From Eledone cirrhosa (Eukaryota), in contig CAXHJY010001083.1 of the NCBI GenBank assembly GCA_964016885.1, positions 1 through 57,447 on the forward strand: a stretch of DNA of 57,447 nt, given 5' to 3'. Below the pieces are notes generated by a model. It saw only the letters and a list, made by a program, of their open reading frames with translations. It was not told the DNA's origin and ran no database searches. Of this stretch, positions 1 to 20,351 are shown piece after piece. Numbering within the stretch: the first letter of the stretch is position 1; each line of letters starts with the position of its first letter. The position numbers were made by a program, and so were the translations under genes.

Positions 1-170
1 TATGTTATGAAGGATTTTACAAGGTGAAGATAGAATGAGGGTAATGAGTAAACAAGTATTATAGAGTGTATAATGCCCTTTAAAGTAAGGTAGGAAGATG
101 GGTATATTTTAAAGAGGTGTATGTATATGTGCCTTTGAGAAAAGATTCTAAATTGATAAAGAATTGAATA

Positions 171-1975
171 TTAACTGTATACTTTGTGAAAAGTCCTATG
201 GAATTTATGCAGGCAGATAGAAAACAAATCTGTACGTCTATTTATTATAGAATCTAGGTTAGAGATAATGGTAAATTTTTCATTTAGGCAGAGATTACAG
301 ATTTTAGATAGAGAGCTGTTCAAGTATGAGGATGCAGAAGAAACCTTCTTCCAAAAGATGGTATATTTAATGTTTTTGTCTTTTAAGGACCATATGAGTT
401 CTGAGAGAGCCGTGTTGGTTCTTTTAAGTTTGTATTTGAAAGATGAATGATGATTATAGAGACGAGCTTTAAAAGAGGTGGAAGTGGAGCCAAAATAGGT
501 GAAGGAATTGGTGCTAGTTATAATTTTACATTCATAAATTAAGTTTTTATCGAGACAATGGTTGTTGAGAGGACATTTATTTTTAATGCGGCAGTTGCAA
601 TTAGAGAGATTATTAATGAGTGACCTAGTGTTATCTATAGAAGGAATTGGATTGGAGAAGTTGTTTGCGATAGGAATGATAGGAATAATAGTTTCTTGAT
701 TTAGAGTTGGATTATGAACATTTAGCGAAGTTGTGTTTGACGTTGTATTTGGGTTTACAGAAGTTAGCCTAGGGTTTACAATGACGTCGGGAGTACTATT
801 ACTGTTATTATGAAATTCAATGTTGGAAGGAAGAGATTTAGTATTTAGTATTTTATTGTTGTGTTTAGAGATGATGTTGGAAATATTGGAGGATGTGGAA
901 TGAGAAAATTTGATGGTGTGTTTGTTAAATATTTTACTATAGATATGTGAGGGAGGGAAGCATTTATTTAAGGCACTAAAAAATAATTTAGGAATATTGT
1001 TATTAATAGAGATGGAGAAAGGAGCATTATACCAGATTATGTTTTTGTATCTAGGTCTTTTATTAAAATTATTGGAATGATCATGATTAATTATTCTACT
1101 GTAAGTTTTTCTAGAATTTGTTTCTTTACTATATTTGATTTTAGAAAGTGCGTTATTATAGTAATTGGCGTTAGCATCAAAGATGTTTTTATTAGAGGAT
1201 ATGTTAGATATTCTTTTTCCAATATTACTAACTATAGCATTCTTGATATTGGTAGGATGGTTAGATTTAAAGTTAACATAATTTAGGTTCTCATTGTTTT
1301 TATGGTAAGGGTAATATAGGCCAGTGTCAAGATTAAAAGATACATCCAAGAAATTAGCTAGTTTGATACTATTATCAAATTCAATTTTTAGGTTATGTTG
1401 GTTAAAGAGATTACGTATATTGTTCTTAATAATATTAAGGTTAACTATATTGCAATTTAGGATAGTAAAGAGTCCATCGTCACGATAAATTCCACCGCGA
1501 AGTTGAGGAATTTTCCGACTCAAAGAGTTCAAAATGAAGATACCAATTAAATCAGTCAATTGGGATGAATCGGATGCTCCCATTGTGATGTCGAAGTTGT
1601 TAGAGGTATCGGCTCTGGTCCAATATTCGTTGTTGAACTCTAGGATGGTTTTACGTGCGGTGAGGATGATGTGAAGTTCATCTGTGGTGATGTCAGAATA
1701 TTTAAGTGCGAAAGATAGAGCATTATTGAGAAGTGAAGGCGAAATGGAGGAATAGTAGCTGGCAATATCAAATTGAATACATTTCAGTTTGTTTTTATTA
1801 TCCAATTTGTTGAACCAGCCAATCACTTCAGAAGTACCAAACCATAAATTTAGGTTCAAAGAGGAGCAATTAGAACTAACCTGTGGGATAATTCTATCCA
1901 AGATGGCTTTACTAACAACCCCCAGATCAGATTTAGAGGGGGCGATTAATCTAACAGGTAGTTCAGTGCGAAAAT
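171..1975 (-). pseudogene. PLE polyprotein remnant: RT plus C-terminal GIY-YIG endonuclease
   Basis: ORF 171..2024 contains QFDIASYYSSI, ITMGASDSS, IYRDDG, FLDVSFNL, WYNAPFS, linker CNCRIKNKCPLNNHC, LIYECK..TYFGSTS..FKARLYNH and CNLCLNEK. The N-terminal MDHKWITNGSQ derives from the junction repeat and is not real protein. Confidence 0.9.
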
Positions 1976-1979
1976 TGTT

Positions 1980-2070
1980 TTTGTGATCCATTTGTGATCC
2001 ATTTGTAATCCATTTGTGATCCATTTGTGATCCATTTGTGATCCATTTGTGATCTATTTGTGATCCATTT
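1980..2070. repeat. ~8 copies of an 11-bp unit TTTGTGATCCA at the PLE inversion junction
   Basis: Direct reading; two copies carry single substitutions. Confidence 0.9.
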
Positions 2071-2324
2071 ATACATTATCTTCCAACGGTTTTCAACCTC
2101 TCTATGTAAAACAATATATCTCCTCTCAGTTATAAAAACTATCTCTTTCTCTCTATCACCCATCTCTCCCTCTCATCTCCTCCCCTTTTTCATCCTTTCC
2201 ACCCCCCCTCTCTAAATAAAATATTTTTCCCAATATCACACATCAATCTAAAACCACTTTTCATATCTTGATTTAAAACTGCACTATCCACAAGTGTTTT
2301 TTAGCCTTCATATCATGTTCTCCT

Positions 2325-2396
2325 GTTTTATCTGATGAAAACACAAATATTATTGCATGCATGATGATGTTTGTTTTTGAAATGCGCATAATAAAA
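2325..2396 (+). ncRNA. Minimal type I hammerhead ribozyme, family A
   Basis: TTTTAT-CTGATGA(2332)-stem II-GAAA(2379)-TGCGCA palindromic stem III-TA-ATAAAA. Stem I is ttttat/ataaaa and the cleavage triplet is AUA. Confidence 0.85.
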
Positions 2397-2523
2397 TACA
2401 TGGAACTCCTTTAACCATCTTTTGATCTTATATTATGTATACTCCAGTCCTACAAACTGTAGAGTGCTTCTTATCCGATATCTGCATTGCTTTATTGTAG
2501 TACAATAAAACTCACCTCCTACA

Positions 2524-3425
<902 letters not shown>

Positions 3426-3437
3426 GGAACCAGTAAG

Positions 3438-3531
3438 ACCCCGACAGCTGAGCTCAAGCCGTTTCGACGGCTAATTCTGGACTAAATGAAAATTTATCCT
3501 GGTATTTAAATAGCCGATCTTCTCAAGGGGT
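3438..3531 (-). ncRNA. Type I hammerhead ribozyme, family B (inverted copy)
   Basis: Reverse complement of 5564-5657. Confidence 0.8.
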
Positions 3532-4633
3532 AATTCCATATATGGTCAAAGTGATTGTCAAAAATCAGTAGTAATTCTGTGGTTGCAGATTAGTAGGGGA
3601 GATGGTGGCTAAACCTGCCAGTAGGAGAAAGAGGGGAGGGGGTGGAGTAGACCCAATCAAGCGTTGGTAGTGCCAGCTACAGCTGGGCATGAGGTCAAAG
3701 AAGATACAGGGGAGGGGGAGGGGGAGGAAGTCGGAACGGTAGGTAGAACAATGGGGGGTAGAAATAGGAAAGAAAAAATACTGAGAGTGAAGAAAAGCAA
3801 ATCAGTGTAAAGAAAAAAGTAAAGTAAATTAAATTCTACGACCTAGGTGTCAGGCTATTGTTAGGCGAGAATAAAATAAAGAAAGAAAGAAGTAAATAAA
3901 TAAATAAATAAATAAATAAGGAAATAAGTAAAATAACTAGGTGGGACGAAATAGGCAAGGACCCTTTTAAGAGGTATAAGTACGTAAATGATACGGTGAC
4001 GGGTCAACAAAAGGGGCCAAAATACTAAAGAGACTACCACGAAATAAACAATAAAGGTTTCCATCCCGGGCCAGCAACGGCCCAGTGCAGCAAAGTGAAC
4101 TTGTACGAGATAATAATTCTGAGTCCCGAGAAAAATATATACTAATGCTAACTCTAAAAGATCTAAAACAAGCTACATGAAAGTTCGTACGAAATAAAGG
4201 TAGAATACGGAGAAATAAATTCAGAATCCACCCCGCCCAGAAGAAAAGCGAAGCAAGAAATACTGAAACGAAAAAATAAGGCATAAGTGCCACTAAGAAA
4301 TATAGAGGGCACAGAGAATAGTGGGAGCGGTCGGAAAAAGGGGGCAAGTATCCGGGGTCTAAGCCAACTGCTATAAAGGGCGGAGTCCGCCAAATCTATC
4401 AAAGACTAGGGGAGGGGGGTGGGGGTACTAAGGCTACATGGGGCCAAAGGGCAGCCTCGGGTGGGCGAGAAAAGACGCCGACAAAGGAGAAGAGCTGGGG
4501 TAGAAGGACAAAGGAGAGAGGGGGGAAGGAAATAAAGGAAGCGATAAAGGAATACAAAGAAGATCTTACGTCTTCCTTGGCAAGCAGGGGTTACCCATTG
4601 CAAAATCGGCAACTGGGGTGTTATAGCCCTAGT

Positions 4634-5392
4634 CTACCCCCCCGGGTCATTATGGGGTTTGAGGGCGAGGTAAGTCCTACGCAATCTATGTTTACATGCA
4701 GTAACCAGTTCATCTTTCTTGTTTAGGAGTTGGTCCGTCGAAAACAGCATTTGTAAAGTTTCCTCCGAGCATAAATTGCACGGACGGCGTCCTCCCGTGT
4801 AAGAATTGGCTCTGGACAGTAATCTCCAAGTAAGATCATAGGTGATGTTGTTGTCCTTGAGGTCCCATATGTGGCCCGAAAGTGTAGTGGCGTGACGCCG
4901 GGCCGGGTTTCGGAAGGTATGTCTATGTTGGTATAGCCGGGTCTTGAAGTCACATGCGGTAAGTCCTATATAGGCTTTGTTGGAGGTATCCGTCCTCACG
5001 TTGCACTGGTAGATCACATTACGGTCTCTGCATCTATTGTCGAGTGGGCAAATAGATCTATCCGGGCAGTTACACCTCCTGGTCGGTTCTCCACTGCTAT
5101 TTAGGTTATTTCTGCCATCGGGGTTGAGTTTTTTGTTGTTAGAGGAGACGATGTTTTGTGCGAAGTTTGGTGTAGTGCTGTAAGAGAGTTTGATGGTATT
5201 TTTGTTAATTATGTTGTGGTAGCGGTGTTGTAATGGGAAGTGTTTTTCAATGAGCCTAAAGAATAGTTTCCCGATGGGAGTAGTCACCTCTGCGTTGTGG
5301 GGAGGATTGAACCATGTTACATTGCGTGAGCGGCGGTGTCTCCTGCTGGTTCCGCTAATGGGAGCTGGACAGTAGGATATTTCCTCCCGGAA
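4634..5392 (-). pseudogene. PLE C-terminal region with GIY-YIG endonuclease
   Basis: TWFNPP, IKLSYS, CNCPDRSICPLDNRC, NVIYQC..AYIGLT..FKTRLYQH, CNLCSEE. Confidence 0.9.
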
Positions 5393-5563
5393 ACCTTTGA
5401 CCTCATGCCCAGCTGTAGCTGGCACTACCAACGCTTGATTGGGTCTACTCCACCCCCTCCCCTCTTTCTCCTACTGGCAGGTTTAGCCACCATCTCCCCT
5501 ACTAATCTGCAACCACAGAATTACTACTGATTTTTGACAATCACTTTGACCATATATGGAATT

Positions 5564-5657
5564 ACCCCTTGAGAAGATCGGCTATTTAAATACCAGGATA
5601 AATTTTCATTTAGTCCAGAATTAGCCGTCGAAACGGCTTGAGCTCAGCTGTCGGGGT
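5564..5657 (+). ncRNA. Type I hammerhead ribozyme, family B, U3-A8 core variant
   Basis: ACCCC-TTGAGAA(5569)-ga(t)cggcta...tagccgtc-GAAA(5630)-CGGCT..GAGCTC..AGCTG-TC-GGGGT. Cleavage triplet GUC. Confidence 0.8.
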
Positions 5658-5754
5658 CTTACTGGTTCCTATTACCCACTCTACTACCTCAAGTATTGAG
5701 TACTTTGGTGCGTTATGGTCCACCTGGTTCCTTACCACATTTCCTTCGTTATAT

Positions 5755-5786
<32 letters not shown>

Positions 5787-5818
5787 ATATATATATATAT
5801 AATATATATATATAATAT

Positions 5819-5863
<45 letters not shown>

Positions 5864-5947
5864 TATATATAATATATATATATATAATATATATATATAT
5901 ATATAATATATATATATATATATACAATATATATATATATATATAAT

Positions 5948-5979
<32 letters not shown>

Positions 5980-6180
5980 ATATATATATATATATATAAT
6001 ATATATATATATATAATATATATATATATATAATATATTAGGGAGAGGATCAGGGGTGTATAACACTCCACTTATCCAACAGGCAGTATAAGGTTAGCTC
6101 GATGTCTGAGGACAGAGCCGTGATATAATCAATAACAAAGAACGCCTATATAGAGATAATAGTGATACAGTGTAAGGAAT

Positions 6181-6412
6181 GAAATAAAATAAAATAAAAT
6201 AAAATAAAATTAAAATTAAAATTATATAAAATAAAATATAATATAATATAATAATAAAATAAGATAAAATAAAATAAAATAAATAAAATAAAATAAAATA
6301 AACTAAAATAAAATAATATAATATAAGATATAATTAAATAAAATTAAATAAATAAAATTAAATAAAATGAAATGAAATAAAATAAAATAAAATAAAGTAA
6401 ATTGAGATAAGA
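6181..6412. repeat. (AAAAT)n-like low-complexity tract inside an unidentified fragment (6040-6561)
   Basis: Direct reading. Confidence 0.85.
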
Positions 6413-6652
6413 TATATATATTTTTTAGAATATATTTCTTGAATATATCAGGGGCCCACGAAGGCCCTAAGTGTCACAGTTATCAGTATCACTTGACCAT
6501 TGCAATGCAATGGAGACGTCCCAGGTTGGGCAGTCTCAAAGGTTCACTCGAAAGTCACGGGTATATATAATATATATATATATAATATATATATATATAT
6601 AATATATATATATAATATATATATATATATAATATATATATATATAATATAT

Positions 6653-6698
<46 letters not shown>

Positions 6699-6769
6699 AT
6701 ATTATATATATATATATTATATATAAATATATATTATATATATATATATATTATATATATTATATATAT

Positions 6770-6803
<34 letters not shown>

Positions 6804-6822
6804 ATTATATATATATATATAT

Positions 6823-6856
<34 letters not shown>

Positions 6857-6896
6857 ATATATTATATATATATATATAATATATATATATATCTAT

Positions 6897-6930
<34 letters not shown>

Positions 6931-6972
6931 ATATATTATATATATATATATTATATATATATATATATATAA

Positions 6973-7074
6973 TTGTTTCTACTTTTGGCACAAGGCCAGC
7001 AATTATCCCAGTACATTACTGGTACTTTATTTTATCGACCCCGTAAGGATGAAAGGCAAAGTAAACCTCGGCGG
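6973..7074 (-). mobile_element. SINE 3' fragment (Meta-domain type), same family as 49537-49712
   Basis: Minus strand reads GCCTTTCATCCTTACGGGGTCGATAAAATAAAGTACCAG and matches the fuller copy. Confidence 0.7.
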
Positions 7075-7133
7075 GAGGTTTTTATATATATTATATATAT
7101 TATATTTATATATATTATATAAATATAATATAT

Positions 7134-7232
<99 letters not shown>

Positions 7233-7275
7233 TATATTATATATTATATATATATATAATATATATATATATATA

Positions 7276-7315
<40 letters not shown>

Positions 7316-7322
7316 TTTATAT

Positions 7323-7359
<37 letters not shown>

Positions 7360-7360
<1 letters not shown>

Positions 7361-7585
7361 ACGAAGGAAATGTGGTAAGGAACCAGGTGGACCATAACGC
7401 ACCAAAGTACTCAATACTTGAGGTAGTAGAGTGGGTAATAGGAACCATATATAGAGTGGGTAATAGGAACCATATATAGGAACCAGTAAGACCCCGACAG
7501 CTGAGCTCAGCCGTTTCGACGGCTAATTCTGGACTGAATTAGCCGTCGAAACGGCTTGAGCTCAGCTGTCGGGGTCTTACTGGTT

Positions 7586-7590
<5 letters not shown>
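7360..7590. mobile_element. Mini fold-back made of two PLE family B 3' ends
   Basis: 7360-7535 is the reverse complement of ~5612-5750, with a 25-bp internal duplication. 7536-7590 matches 5618-5672. Both arms lack the HHR core. Confidence 0.85.
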
Positions 7591-7632
<42 letters not shown>

Positions 7633-7661
7633 TATATATATGTATATATATATAAAAATAT

Positions 7662-7705
<44 letters not shown>

Positions 7706-7737
7706 ATATATTATATATATATATAATATATAATATA

Positions 7738-11150
<3,413 letters not shown>

Positions 11151-11174
11151 AGATATATTTTATATATATATAAA

Positions 11175-11205
<31 letters not shown>

Positions 11206-11295
11206 AAGATTATATATATATATATATATTATATATATATATAATATATATTATATATATATTATATATATATATATATTATATTATATATATAT

Positions 11296-11405
11296 TCCAT
11301 TTATTTAATATCGTAAATATACTCCAAATACTTGTTGAGTGCTTTTATATCAGTTATAAATATTTACTAGTTGTAACCCAACAATTTAAATATAACTTTC
11401 CATGT
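11296..11405 (+). mobile_element. Family D extreme 3' fragment
   Basis: Near-identical to 15465-15575. Confidence 0.8.
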
Positions 11406-11416
11406 ATATATATATA

Positions 11417-11578
<162 letters not shown>

Positions 11579-11579
11579 T

Positions 11580-11652
<73 letters not shown>

Positions 11653-11669
11653 ATATATATAATATATAT

Positions 11670-11700
<31 letters not shown>

Positions 11701-11785
11701 TTTTATATATATATATATATATATAATATATATATATATAATATGTATATATATAATATATATATATATATATAATATATATATA

Positions 11786-11838
<53 letters not shown>

Positions 11839-11908
11839 ATATATATAATATATATATATATATATAATATATATATATATATAATATATATATATATATA
11901 TAATATAT

Positions 11909-11964
<56 letters not shown>

Positions 11965-11965
<1 letters not shown>

Positions 11966-12811
11966 CATGGAAAGTTATATTTAAATTGTTGGCTTACAAC
12001 TAGTAAATATTTATAACTGATATAAAAGCACTCAACAAGTATTTGGAGTATATTTACGATATTAAATAAATGGAAACTATATTTATAAAACCATATTTAT
12101 TTCATTATATATATTTCAGGGATATCATATTAACAATATGTTATGCCTTCCTCAGACAAAATACAATATAGACAGTTTTATAGATAAATAGATTTGACAT
12201 ACCGTTCAACATCGACTTGTATTTGAAAAAGTTGATTTGGCAGTGAGAAATTGTAAACAGAAAGAAATAAAGAGAGAAAGAAGGAAAGAAAGAAAGAAAA
12301 CGAAGAAAAAGAAGAAAAAGAAGAAATGCATGGAACAAAATAGAGAGATGGAAAGATAGATAAAGAGAAGAACTTCATGTAAAGAAACAGAGAGAGATAT
12401 ATATAGAGAGAGGAAATAGATAGAGATAGATATATATAGAGAAAAGTAGGTAGTTGGACATCCGTTGAATGAACGTATCAATGATACATTTATTTATTTA
12501 TTTATTTAGCTCTATTATTAATGTAAGGGAGATATATGTGGTTAGGAAAGAAACCAGCCGTTATATATAGAGAAAAATGAAAAGTAACCAGACATAGGCG
12601 AGGCATAATTTAAAAATCCTATGTTTTAATGTAGAAATATTAGTACGTATAAAAACCAGGCACTATAATGTAAATATCAGTATTCCTGAATGAGACACGC
12701 ATCCATAATGTGTGAAAAGTAATGATCTTATGTCTAGTTTTAAAAATTCATATGTTTATATGATAACTACAAACATCGATGTGAATTTACGTGATCAACT
12801 CTGCAAACCCT
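11965..12811 (-). mobile_element. HHR-bearing non-coding element, family D (probable PLE 3' UTR); left arm of a large palindrome
   Basis: Reverse complement of 14731-15575; HHR at 12098-12163 (-). Confidence 0.8.
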
Positions 12812-14730
<1,919 letters not shown>

Positions 14731-15574
14731 AGGGTTTGCAGAGTTGATCACGTAAATTCACATCGATGTTTGTAGTTATCATATAAACATATGAATTTTT
14801 AAAACTAGACATAAGATCATTACTTTTCACACATTATGGATGCGTGTCTCATTCAGGAATACTGATATTTACATTATAGTGCCTGGTTTTTATACGTACT
14901 AATATTTCTACATTAAAACATAGGGTTTTTAAATTATGCCTCGCCTATGTCTGGTTACTTTTCATTTTTCTCTCTATATAACGGCTGGTTTCTTTCCTAA
15001 CCACATATATCTCCTTACATTAATAATAGAGCTAAATAAATAAATAAATAAATGTATCATTGATACGTTCATTCAACGGATGTCCAACTACCTACTTTTC
15101 TCTATATATATCTATCTCTATCTATTTCCTCTCTCTATATATATCTCTCTCTGTTTCTTTACATGAAGTTCTTCTCTTTATCTATCTTTCCATCTCTCTA
15201 TTTTGTTGCATGCATTTCTTCTTTTTCTTCTTTTTCTTCGTTTTCTTTCTTTCTTTCCTTCTTTCTCTCTTTATTTCTTTCTGTTTACAATTTCTCACTG
15301 CCAAATCAACTTTTTCAAATACAAGTCGATGTTGAACGGTATGTCAAATCTATTTATCTATAAACTGTCTATATTGTATTTTGTCTGAGGAAGGCATAAC
15401 ATATTGTTAATATGATATCCCTGAAATATATATAATGAAATAAGTATGGTTTTATAAATATAGTTTCCATTTATTTAATATCGTAAATATACTCCAAATA
15501 CTTGTTGAGTGCTTTTATATCAGTTATAAATATTTACTAGTTGTAAGCCAACAATTTAAATATAACTTTCCATG

Positions 15575-15575
<1 letters not shown>
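14731..15575 (+). mobile_element. Family D element, right arm
   Basis: Inverted copy of 11965-12811. Confidence 0.8.
15377..15442 (+). ncRNA. Minimal type I hammerhead ribozyme, family D
   Basis: TATTTTGT-CTGAGGA(15385)-agg...cct-GAAA(15423)-TATATA-TA-ATGAAATA. Further copies at 12098-12163(-), ~18043-18108(-), ~35405-35470(-), ~35620-35685(+), ~47986-48051(-) and ~48194-48260(+, core mutated to CTGAGCA). Confidence 0.82.
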
Positions 15576-15637
<62 letters not shown>

Positions 15638-15643
15638 ATATAT

Positions 15644-15677
<34 letters not shown>

Positions 15678-15700
15678 ATATATTATATATATATATATAT

Positions 15701-15732
<32 letters not shown>

Positions 15733-15747
15733 ATATATATAATATAT

Positions 15748-15802
<55 letters not shown>

Positions 15803-15833
15803 ATATATATATATAATATATATATATATATAT

Positions 15834-15877
<44 letters not shown>

Positions 15878-15910
15878 TATATATAATATATATATATATA
15901 TATAATATAT

Positions 15911-15986
<76 letters not shown>

Positions 15987-16020
15987 TATATATATAAATA
16001 ATATATATATAATATATATA

Positions 16021-16099
<79 letters not shown>

Positions 16100-16359
16100 A
16101 ATATATATATACAATATATATATATATATATATAATATATATATATAATATATATATATATATAATATATATATATATATATACAATATATATATATAAT
16201 ATATATATATAATATATATATATATATTTTATATATATATATATATTACATAATCCAGGGCGACCGGCTGAGGTTGAAGGAACAGAATAGCGGTCGCCCT
16301 CGGGTCTCGATTTTCAGCCCCATGGATTTTACCTATTACATTCACGTATTATATTTCGA

Positions 16360-16417
16360 ATACCTGATGATATCACCGGATTCATACGGAACCCGGTCAT
16401 TGAAATGATCATAGTAT
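16360..16417 (+). ncRNA. Minimal type I hammerhead ribozyme in a single-copy fragment (16248-16470)
   Basis: ATAC-CTGATGA(16364)-..accgg...ccggt..-GAAA(16402)-TGATCA-TA-GTAT. Confidence 0.75.
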
Positions 16418-16579
16418 AATAAACCTTTCAAGGATTTACACAAATCCAGCCTCCTGTCATTTCATTATAATATACATAATATATATATATATACATAATA
16501 TATATATATATATATATAACATATATTTATATATATATATATATATATAATATAATATATATATATATATAATATATAT

Positions 16580-16611
<32 letters not shown>

Positions 16612-16626
16612 ATATATATATATATA

Positions 16627-16693
<67 letters not shown>

Positions 16694-16699
16694 ATATAT

Positions 16700-16759
<60 letters not shown>

Positions 16760-16778
16760 TATATATATATTATATATA

Positions 16779-16849
<71 letters not shown>

Positions 16850-16980
16850 ATATTATATATATATATTATATATATATATATATTATATATATATATATTT
16901 ATATATTATATATATATTATATATATATATATATATTATATATATATATATTATATATATATATATATTATATATATATA

Positions 16981-17030
<50 letters not shown>

Positions 17031-17067
17031 ATATATATATATATTATATATATATATTATATATATA

Positions 17068-17110
<43 letters not shown>

Positions 17111-17167
17111 ATATATTATATATATATATATATAATATATATATAAATATAATATATATATATATAT

Positions 17168-17541
17168 AAACGTTTGAATACGTGTAATAAGGCCAAGACA
17201 ATGCAGGTATGGACATAGAAAAAAGAATGCAATAGTGAAAGATATTGATGTGAATTCGTCTTTCACCTTGAATTATTTAAATTCCTTAATTTTCGAGATA
17301 ATATCTCTTCTTCGGAGGGAAGTAAAGGTTTCAAACCAGCGTCTTTAAATCTCTAGAGATATTATCTCGAAAATTAAGGACATTTAAATAAATTCAAGGT
17401 GAAAGACGAATTCACATCAATATCTTTCACTATTGCATTCTTTTTTGTATGTCCATACCTGCATTGTCTTGGCCTTATTACACATATTCAAACGTTTATA
17501 CCTCATTACACAATGCTTCAAGTGAACTATAACCTCCTCCA
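17168..17541. mobile_element. Fold-back of family G 3' ends
   Basis: 17168-17308 is the reverse complement of ~17355-17497. A related fold-back lies at 42781-43041. Possible variant HHR on minus at 17282-17321 (CCGAAGA..GAAA-ATTA). Confidence 0.7.
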
Positions 17542-17571
17542 TATATATATATATATAATATATATATATAT

Positions 17572-17661
<90 letters not shown>

Positions 17662-17699
17662 TATATATAATTATATATATATATATATATATAATATAT

Positions 17700-17731
<32 letters not shown>

Positions 17732-17746
17732 ATATATATAATATAT

Positions 17747-17778
<32 letters not shown>

Positions 17779-17847
17779 ATATATATATATATATAATATA
17801 TATATATGTATAATATATATATAATAATATATATATATAATATATAT

Positions 17848-18222
<375 letters not shown>

Positions 18223-18263
18223 TATATATATATAATATATATATATATATTATATATTATATT

Positions 18264-18486
18264 GTGAAGGCGTGTGGCTGAGTGGTTAGAGAATTGGATT
18301 CGCAATCGTAAGGTTGTGAGTTCGATTCCTGGACCAGTCGATGCGTTATGTCCTTGAGCAAGACACTTTATTTCACGTTGCTCCTTCTACCTGGAGTTGC
18401 GACCGATAGATAGTATTAGCAACTGGAAAGACCAACGGAAACATTGTTCCCTCAGTCCGATTTGACGAAAGTCGATCGTCTTCTTT
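18264..18486 (+). mobile_element. tRNA-derived SINE with CORE-like domain
   Basis: A box TGGCTGAGTGG, B box GAGTTCGATTCC, then TGTCCTTGAGCAAGACACTT (CORE-type motif, recognised from memory). The 3' boundary is uncertain. Confidence 0.7.
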
Positions 18487-18501
18487 ATATATATAATATA
18501 T

Positions 18502-18537
<36 letters not shown>

Positions 18538-18994
18538 ATCCCCTTGAGCAGCCATATTGCGAACTGCGCAGGAATGACACTACCCAACTTTAAAATCTTC
18601 CCCTTCTACAAGTGCTCAGATTCGTTCACACAGCAACAAAGAATAAACAAAGAAAATCTATTCCTTAACAAATTTAAACCAAAACTAAACGGGTTATCAC
18701 CCCAATAGAATTGTCATAAAATATAAACACACATACGCACGGAATCACTACTATTAAAGACCAGAGACCAATTCTGTAGAATCAGGTTTATTCGTTGACA
18801 GACCATGCCTTTGTGTGACCAACACATCCATGTTAAACCCTGCACGTGCACACACATATATCTATATATATATATGCGCACACAGAATTCACCACTGTCG
18901 GTTGCGGGGCCCAATCTACATGAAGAACTCAATGTGATCAGAATGACTTGTATTTTAATTTCACTGCCCTAACTTCTTATATTATGGAAACAAT

Positions 18995-19330
18995 ATATGT
19001 GTATGTATGTATATATATATATTTGGAGGCCATTTCTCTGTGTGTGGGTGTATGTATGTGTATATGTGTGTGTGTGTGTATGTGTGTGCATGTGGATGTA
19101 TGTATTGTGTGTGCGTGTGTGTGTGTGTATGTGTGTGTGTATCTGGATGTATGCGTATGTGTATATATATATGTGTGTGTGTGTGTGTGTATATATATGT
19201 GTGTGTATGTGTATATATATGTGTGTGTGTTTGTATGTGTGTATGTATATATATGTGTGTGTGTATGTATGTGTGGGTGTGTGTATATATATGTGTATGT
19301 ATATGTGTGTATATATATATGTATGTACAC

Positions 19331-19362
<32 letters not shown>

Positions 19363-19401
19363 ATGTATGTGTGTATCTGGATGTATGTGTATGTATATAT
19401 A

Positions 19402-19440
<39 letters not shown>

Positions 19441-19592
19441 GTGTGTGTATGTGCATATATGTGTGTGTGTATGTGTGTATGTATGTGTGTGTGTATGTAT
19501 GTGTGTATATGTATATATGTATATATATATATATATGTATGTGTATGTATATGTATATGTATGTATGTGTGGATGAAGGTATGTGTGTATAT
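18995..19592. repeat. Compound (TG/TA)n microsatellite
   Basis: Direct reading. Confidence 0.95.
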
Positions 19593-19897
19593 ATAGGTGT
19601 AAGTGCACTAAATCCCTTTCTATCAATCTCCCTTCTCCTACCGAGCACAGGAAGATATATGTATGTATATTGCTTCCACCCCCTCACTGACCAGCAGCTG
19701 GCTATCTGGCCATTGCTAAATTTGACCTTTATAAAATAACCCACACCTCCAAATAACTTCTCATTCACTACCAGAAGCAGTCAATGAGCTGCTACCAAGA
19801 TGAAAACTACTATGAAATCCCACAATGAATTTTATACTTGAATTTTTAAATCTCAAATTTTAACTCTTCTTATTATTAATTTTTCTTAATATTAATC

Positions 19898-19946
19898 AAC
19901 ATTTGAAAAGATGGCTTTTGCAGACCCATCGAAACCGGTCATTGTT
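19898..19946 (+). ncRNA. Minimal hammerhead ribozyme, family C, U3-A8 core variant
   Basis: AACAT-TTGAAAA(19903)-GATGG..CCATC-GAAA(19931)-CCGG-TC-ATTGTT. Stem I is weak. Copies at ~30576-30620(+) and ~30345-30390(-). Confidence 0.7.
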
Positions 19947-20129
19947 ATACCCTTTATTATTTCCTTACCTTATAAAATTATGTTTTTTCACAAAAAAGTA
20001 TTCTGTCTCTTATATATTCCATGTGCCATTACCAACCTCAATTTTCTCTATAACCTTCGTTTTGTGTAGTAAATTACACTTTTCATATATAATATATATA
20101 TATATATAATATATATATATAATATATAT

Positions 20130-20182
<53 letters not shown>

Positions 20183-20192
20183 TATATATAAT

Positions 20193-20326
<134 letters not shown>

Positions 20327-20351
20327 ATATATATATAATATATATATATAT

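Larger units (their letters stand above)
1..2523 (-). mobile_element. Penelope-like element family A, copy 1: 5'-truncated, runs off the left edge, with an inverted 3'-UTR/pLTR arm at ~2068-2523
   Basis: RT plus GIY-YIG ORF on minus. 2068-2523 (+) matches the 3' UTR of the second copy (29464-29915). Confidence 0.9.
3426..5750 (-). mobile_element. PLE family B: 5'-truncated copy with inverted 3' arm (5395-5750)
   Basis: 3426-3700 is the reverse complement of 5395-5670. There is a GIY-YIG ORF between the arms and (TA)n on both flanks. Confidence 0.9.
18541..20085 (+). mobile_element. PLE family C 3' end: GIY-YIG tail, microsatellite-containing UTR and HHR
   Basis: 18541-18708 translates PLSSHIANCAG..FKIFPFYKC..QRINKENLFLNKFKPKLN..*, typical of a PLE endonuclease C-terminus (not in the ORF track). 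The 3' part matches 30431-30763. Confidence 0.75.

Noticed and set aside
6106-6112. CTGAGGA possible HHR core
   Set aside because: No stem II-GAAA-stem III-NUH arrangement found downstream.
12686-12735. CTGAATGA..hairpin..GAAA on plus strand
   Set aside because: The core has an extra base and there is no stem I; it is antisense to family D's real HHR.
18266-18330. Functional tRNA gene
   Set aside because: No acceptor stem closure, and it continues into a SINE body.
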